Shown here in pieces: positions 58,336 to 64,000 of a stretch of 64,000 nucleotides of DNA (the first letter of the stretch is position 1; the number at the start of each line of letters is the position of its first letter). Below the pieces are notes generated by a model that was not told where the DNA came from, did no database searches, and saw only the letters and a program-made list of their open reading frames with translations. A program made the translations under genes and the position numbers. The stretch is from Gammaproteobacteria bacterium. Lineage in GTDB: Bacteria > Pseudomonadota > Gammaproteobacteria > SURF-13. The stretch covers positions 531 to 64,530 of the forward strand of contig JBCKVB010000002.1 in assembly GCA_038924245.1 (NCBI GenBank). The letters run 5' to 3'.

Positions 58336-58626
58336 ATGGCGCTTACTGCCTCCGACGTCAAAAAAATCGCTCACCTGGCGCGGCTCGCCGTCGCCGAACG
58401 GGACATCCCGGCTTATGCGCGCAATCTGTCCAATATCATGGGTCTGGTGGAGCAGATGAGCGCGGTGGATACCCGCGAGGTGCAGCCCATGGCGCACCCG
58501 CTGGAACTGCCCGCGCGCCTCAGGCCTGACCAAATCAGCGAAACCAATCAGCGCGAACTGTTTCAATCCATTGCGCCCAGGGTGGAGGCCGGGCTGTATC
58601 TGGTGCCTAAAGTTATAGAGCAGTAG
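58336..58626 (+). CDS. gatC: Glu-tRNA(Gln)/Asp-tRNA(Asn) amidotransferase subunit C
   Basis: 96 aa. ...VKKIAHLARL... start; divergent from mreB and followed by gatA. Confidence 0.9.
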   Translation: MALTASDVKKIAHLARLAVAERDIPAYARNLSNIMGLVEQMSAVDTREVQPMAHPLELPARLRPDQISETNQRELFQSIAPRVEAGLYLVPKVIEQ

Positions 58627-58662
58627 CAAGTGACAAGTAGTAAGTGGCAAGAATAAAAAACC
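58621..58662. repeat. GCAAGT-heptad element, copy iv (supplies the gatC stop codon)
   Basis: CAGTAGCAAGTGACAAGTAGTAAGTGGCAAGAATAAAAAACC, in reverse orientation relative to copies i-iii. Confidence 0.75.
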
Positions 58663-58700
58663 AGCCTTAGCCGCTCACCGCCAGCAAATTACTAAAAAAT

Positions 58701-60155
<1,455 letters not shown>

Positions 60156-60211
60156 ACAAGACGCGATAGCTTGCTTTGAGGCGGCATGCTTGCATGCCGG
60201 GCATACGCCTA

Positions 60212-60244
60212 TATAACGCTTGACGTAAAACGTATGGCGTTATA
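60212..60244 (+). promoter_or_regulatory. Candidate higBA promoter/operator
   Basis: Inverted repeat TATAACGC-N17-GCGTTATA (60212-60219 / 60237-60244) enclosing TTGACG, 12 nt upstream of the higB GTG. Confidence 0.4.
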
Positions 60245-60255
60245 CCCTGAAGCGG

Positions 60256-60534
60256 GTGATTAAAGCCTTTCGCTGCAAAGATACCGAAGCCCTGTTTCAG
60301 GGCAAGGGCTGTGCAAGATTTCGCAATATCGAACGGGTTGCACAGCGCAAACTAAAACAGCTTGACGCCGCGACCCGGCTCGCCGATCTCACGATCTTCC
60401 CCGGCAGCCGGCTGGAGGCTTTACGCGGCAATCGCAAAGGCCAGCACAGTATTCGCATTAACGCCCAATGGCGTGTTTGTTTTTCATGGCGCGGCGGATT
60501 CGCCTATGAGGTCGAGATTGTCGATTACCATTGA
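60256..60534 (+). CDS. higB: HigB-type toxin (RelE/ParE superfamily, plasmid-killer family)
   Basis: 92 aa. MIKAFRCKDTEALFQG...RINAQWRVCF...VEIVDYH is the typical HigB pattern. The toxin is encoded first. Confidence 0.85.
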   Translation: MIKAFRCKDTEALFQGKGCARFRNIERVAQRKLKQLDAATRLADLTIFPGSRLEALRGNRKGQHSIRINAQWRVCFSWRGGFAYEVEIVDYH

Positions 60535-60546
60535 AGGAGCGAAATT

Positions 60547-60849
60547 ATGAGGACTAAACAGTTGCCGCCTGTTCATCCGGGAGAGATACTGCTTGAAGAA
60601 TTGATGATCCCTCTGGGCATCACGGCCAATGCCTTGGCGCGCGACCTGCGGGTGCCTGCCACGCGCATCTCCGAGATCATCAAGGGCAACCGGGCCGTCA
60701 CCGCGGACACCGCCTTGCGTCTGGCGCGCTACTTCGGCAATTCACCCCAGTTCTGGATGAATCTGCAATCCAGCCACGACTTGGACGTGGTGCAGCGGCT
60801 ATCCATGCCGGAGATAACGAGGTCGGTATTGCCGAGGAAAGCCGCTTAG
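60547..60849 (+). CDS. higA: HigA-type antitoxin (XRE-family HTH)
   Basis: 100 aa. PVHPGEILLEE...GITANALARDLRVPATRISEIIKGNRAVTADTALRLARYFG. Confidence 0.85.
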   Translation: MRTKQLPPVHPGEILLEELMIPLGITANALARDLRVPATRISEIIKGNRAVTADTALRLARYFGNSPQFWMNLQSSHDLDVVQRLSMPEITRSVLPRKAA

Positions 60850-60855
60850 GCGCCG

Positions 60856-62361
60856 ATGCCGATGGAATGGGAAACCGTCATTGGCCTTGAAGTTCACGCG
60901 CAGCTGGCCACGCGCAGCAAAATCTTTTCCGGCGCGCCTACCGCCTATGGCGCGCTACCCAACACCCAGGCCTGCGCCATTGATCTGGGGATGCCCGGCG
61001 TGCTGCCGGTGTTGAACGAAGAGGCGGTGCGCATGGCGGTGAAGTTCGGCCTCGCCGTCGGCGCCAAGGTCGCGCCGCGCTCGGTGTTCGCGCGCAAGAA
61101 TTATTTTTATCCAGATCTGCCAAAAGGCTATCAGATCAGCCAGTACGAATTGCCGGTGGTGGCGCAAGGCAAGATCGAGATCGAGCTGGAGGACGGCGGC
61201 GCCAAGACTATCGGCATCACGCGCGCGCACCTGGAAGAGGACGCGGGTAAATCACTGCACGAAGATGCCATTGGGAAGACGGGCGGCATGAGCGCCATTG
61301 ATCTCAATCGCGCCGGCACGCCGTTATTGGAGATCGTCTCCGAGCCCGACATGCGCTCGGCCAAGGAGGCGGTGGCCTACATGAAAAAAATCCACTCGCT
61401 GGTGCGTTATCTGGAAATCTGCGACGGCAACATGCAGGAAGGCTCGTTCCGCTGCGACGCCAACGTCTCGGTGCGGCCCAAGGGCCAGCATGAATTCGGC
61501 ACGCGCGCCGAGTTGAAAAACATCAACTCATTCCGCTTTGTCGAGAAGGCCATCAACTATGAAGTGCGGCGCCAGATCGAACTGCTGGAAGGCGGCGGCA
61601 GCGTGGCGCAGGAGACGCGTTTATATGATGCCGACAAGGACGAGACGCGGCCCATGCGCAGCAAGGAAGAAGCCAACGACTACCGCTATTTCCCCGACCC
61701 GGATTTGCTGCCGCTGGAAATTGACGCGGGGTTTATTGAAACCGTGCGCAAGACCCTGCCGGAATTGCCGGACCAGAAAAAACAGCGCTTCATCAAAGAC
61801 TACGCACTGACGCCCTATGAAGCGGGCGTGTTGACCTCCAGCCGCGAACTCGCGGCTTATTATGAAGACGCGGTGCGCGGCGGTCGCTCCCGGCGTCCTG
61901 CCTCCCGCGACACTAAGCCGTCCTTGGCTGGCGCGGGGGGCGGGGAGCCCAAGCTGTGCGCCAACTGGGTGCTGGGCGAGCTGCTGGGCGCGCTCAACAA
62001 AAATAACCTGGACATCAACGCCAGCCCGGTCAGCCCCGCGCAGCTTGCCGGTATGCTCAAGCGCATCGGCGACAACACCATCTCCGGCAAGATCGCCAAA
62101 CAGGTGTTCGATGCCATGTGGCACGGCGAGGGCGATGCGGACGCGGTGATCGCCGCCAAGGGCTTGAAACAAGTCACCGACAGCGGCGCGATTGAAAAGG
62201 TGATTGATGAGGTGATTAAAAAATTCCCAGAACAGCTCGCGCAATACCGCAGCGGTCAGGAAAAATTATTCACCTTCTTCGTCGGCCAGGTGATGAAGGC
62301 GAGCCAGGGCAAGGCCAACCCGGCGCAGGTCAATGAACTGCTGAAGGAAAAGCTCAAGTAG
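60856..62361 (+). CDS. gatB: Amidotransferase subunit B, carrying an 18-codon element insertion
   Basis: 501 aa. [14 protein letters not shown]-terminus. Insert [18 protein letters not shown] lies between ...YYEDAVRG and [16 protein letters not shown]. The start is 6 nt after the higA stop. Confidence 0.93.
   Translation: MPMEWETVIGLEVHAQLATRSKIFSGAPTAYGALPNTQACAIDLGMPGVLPVLNEEAVRMAVKFGLAVGAKVAPRSVFARKNYFYPDLPKGYQISQYELPVVAQGKIEIELEDGGAKTIGITRAHLEEDAGKSLHEDAIGKTGGMSAIDLNRAGTPLLEIVSEPDMRSAKEAVAYMKKIHSLVRYLEICDGNMQEGSFRCDANVSVRPKGQHEFGTRAELKNINSFRFVEKAINYEVRRQIELLEGGGSVAQETRLYDADKDETRPMRSKEEANDYRYFPDPDLLPLEIDAGFIETVRKTLPELPDQKKQRFIKDYALTPYEAGVLTSSRELAAYYEDAVRGGRSRRPASRDTKPSLAGAGGGEPKLCANWVLGELLGALNKNNLDINASPVSPAQLAGMLKRIGDNTISGKIAKQVFDAMWHGEGDADAVIAAKGLKQVTDSGAIEKVIDEVIKKFPEQLAQYRSGQEKLFTFFVGQVMKASQGKANPAQVNELLKEKLK
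61882..61935 (+). repeat. Intragenic palindromic element E8 (54 nt, subfamily III) inside gatB
   Basis: GGTCGCTCCCGGCGTCCTGCCTCCCGCGACACTAAGCCGTCCTTGGCTGGCGCG. gatB mRNA carries the C-rich strand. Confidence 0.9.
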
Positions 62362-62426
62362 CCGGTTTTGTTCGCATATTCCGCGATTCTTACAGGTTCC
62401 GCCTGCGAAATAGTGATCAGCGGCCG

Positions 62427-62821
62427 TTACCGCAGGGCGACAACGCGATTACGACCCAGATGTTTCGCCTGATAAAGGGCTTCGTCGGCCGCCGCAACCA
62501 GTTGATCCGCGGTGATAACCGTTCCGGGCGGATAGACGGCAACGTCGGCGCTAATAGTGACATGCGACGCCACTTTTGAATGCTCGTGGGTAAGCCGCAA
62601 CTGTGCAACCGCATTTCCGACTTCTTCGGCAATCCGGGTTCCACCGCTCAACTCCGTTTCCGGAAGGATAAGCGCAAACTCCTCGCCGCCGTAGCGTGTG
62701 GCAAAATCCGCCGGGCGCCGGCAGCAGGAGCGTATTGCGGCGGCAACCTGTCAGAGGCACTGATCGCCTGCCTGATGGCCGTAGTGATCGTGGTGGAATC
62801 GTCAACGAGCAGTATTTTCAT
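62427..62821 (-). pseudogene. Response-regulator diguanylate cyclase remnant (REC N-terminus joined out of frame to the GGDEF C-half)
   Basis: ATG 62821 gives MKILLVDDSTTITTAIRQAIS (REC start) and then nonsense. Another frame reads QVAAAIRSCCRRPADFATRYGGEEFALILPET...DEALYQAKHLGRNRVVALR* (the GGDEF domain from mid-domain to its end). Confidence 0.7.
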
Positions 62822-62855
62822 GATCTAACAGCCTCCGGCATTCCGTGGGCAGCGA

Positions 62856-62928
62856 GTAGCCCGGATGGAATGAAATGAAATCCGGGAATCAAAAGCCCCC
62901 GGGTTGTGCTGCGCTTCACCCAGGCTAC
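62856..62928. repeat. REP/BIME pair (GTAGCC heads)
   Basis: GTAGCCCGGAT-GGAATGAAATGAA-ATCCGGG ... CCCCCGGGTTGTGCTGCGCTTCACCCAGGCTAC. Confidence 0.7.
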
Positions 62929-62946
62929 GTTCGCTCATCTGACGGG

Positions 62947-64000
62947 TTAATCGAGGCTAAGTTTTTTTAGGCGATAGCGCAACGCGCGGAAGGTGATGCC
63001 GAGCAGCTTTGCGGCGGCGGTTTTGTTGTAGCGCGTTTGTTCCAATGCCTTCATGATGCGCTGTTTCTCGACGCTGTCGAGTTCGTCTTCCAGCAGCAGC
63101 TTTTCCTGCTCTTGGTGCCGCGTGTGTTCCGGCAGGTGCAGGTCTTGTACATCAATTGAGTTGCCTTCGCGCAGGGTGAGCGCGCGCTCCAGAATATTTT
63201 CCAGTTCGCGCACGTTGCCGGGAAAGGAGTACCGGCACAGCGCTTCGCTGGCGCGCGGCGTGAGTGTGGCGACCGGCGTGCCTCCTTGGGCGGCGAGGCG
63301 CTGCAAGAAATGTCCGGCGAGCAGCGGGATATCTTCCACGCGTTCGCGTAGCGCGGGCACATGCAGCTCGATGACGTTGATACGGTAATATAAATCCTGG
63401 CGGAAGCCGCCCTGCTTGACCAGCGCGCCGAGGTCTTTGTGGGTGGCGCTCAGGATGCGCACGTCCACCGGAATCTCTTTTTGCGCGCCCACCGGGCGCA
63501 CGGCTTTTTCCTGAATGGCGCGCAACAGCTTCACCTGCATGTACAATGGCAGGTCGGCGACCTCGTCCAGAAACAGCGTGCCGCCCTGCGCGGCCTGGAA
63601 CAGGCCGAGTTTGTCCGCCACCGCGCCAGTGAAGCTGCCCTTTTTGTAGCCGAAGAATTCGCTTTCCAGCAGTTGTTCGGGAATCGCGCCGCAGTTGACG
63701 GCGACGAAGGACGCGTCGCGTCGCGGCCCCTGCCCGTGAATCAGGCGCGCGGCCAGCTCTTTCCCGGTGCCGGATTCGCCGCTGATGTAAACCGGCGCCT
63801 GACTGCGCGCCAGCTTGGCGATGGTGGCGCGGACGGTTTGCATCGGCGCCGAGCCGCCGAGCAGATTTTGCGTCTCCGGCTGCGCCGGCGTGGCGAGCTT
63901 GAGCGCGCCGTTGACCAGGTTGCGCAGCATGTGCAAGTCCACCGGCTTGGAGACGAAATCAAACGCGCCCGCCTTCAACGCCTGAACCGCGGATTCCATG
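62947..64000 (-). CDS. Sigma-54-dependent Fis-family response regulator (NtrC/PilR-like), N-terminus outside the window
   Basis: AAA+ sigma-54 interaction domain (GESGTGKE, GAFTGA-like GSFTGA, ESEFFGY) and a C-terminal Fis-type HTH (AAKLLGITFRALRYRLKK). The ORF is open to the window edge. Confidence 0.88.
   Translation of the reverse strand, partial: MESAVQALKAGAFDFVSKPVDLHMLRNLVNGALKLATPAQPETQNLLGGSAPMQTVRATIAKLARSQAPVYISGESGTGKELAARLIHGQGPRRDASFVAVNCGAIPEQLLESEFFGYKKGSFTGAVADKLGLFQAAQGGTLFLDEVADLPLYMQVKLLRAIQEKAVRPVGAQKEIPVDVRILSATHKDLGALVKQGGFRQDLYYRINVIELHVPALRERVEDIPLLAGHFLQRLAAQGGTPVATLTPRASEALCRYSFPGNVRELENILERALTLREGNSIDVQDLHLPEHTRHQEQEKLLLEDELDSVEKQRIMKALEQTRYNKTAAAKLLGITFRALRYRLKKLSLD

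Overview
Core-chromosome window from a high-GC proteobacterium (GC judged by eye). Gene order resembles Pseudomonas-type gammaproteobacterial synteny: yggT-proC-yggS / pilT-pilU / pyrK-like-pyrC'-pyrB-pyrR-ruvX-algH-tonB-gshB; purD-purH-fis-dusB; plsY / folB-folK / cca; lipA-lipB-dat-dacA-rlpA-mltB-rodA-mrdA-mreDCB / gatCAB. A PRK-like/tkt/gap/pgk/pyk/fba cluster plus soxYZ suggest a sulfur-oxidising autotroph (inference). There are about 60 protein genes. I see no rRNA, tRNA, CRISPR array, transposase, integrase or phage genes, and no multi-gene defence island; the only such module is one higBA pair. The unusual content is mostly non-genic. (1) A family of 54/72-nt two-hairpin palindromic elements occurs 8 times. 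Every full copy lies in-frame and stop-free inside a housekeeping gene (ruvX, purD, purH, dusB, slt, lipB twice, gatB), in both orientations and in all four stop-free frames. This resembles Rickettsia palindromic elements. (2) A related modular multi-hairpin intergenic element has 3 copies. Its hairpin loops read RTCCYT on one strand and ARGGAY on the other, and the latter matches the CsrA/RsmA GGA-loop consensus. (3) GTAG-headed REP/BIME families and a GCAAGT-heptad element overlap stop codons, and the heptad element encodes the identical C-termini of gshA and gshB. (4) There is gene decay: three internal-deletion remnants (rubrerythrin::DUF3501, a GST fragment, REC::GGDEF) and three single-base homopolymer frameshifts (gshB, lipA, cheW-like). 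The frameshifts may be real or sequencing errors. (5) higBA is inserted between gatA and gatB. All similarity statements rest on my reading of the translations and on remembered family motifs; no database search was run.
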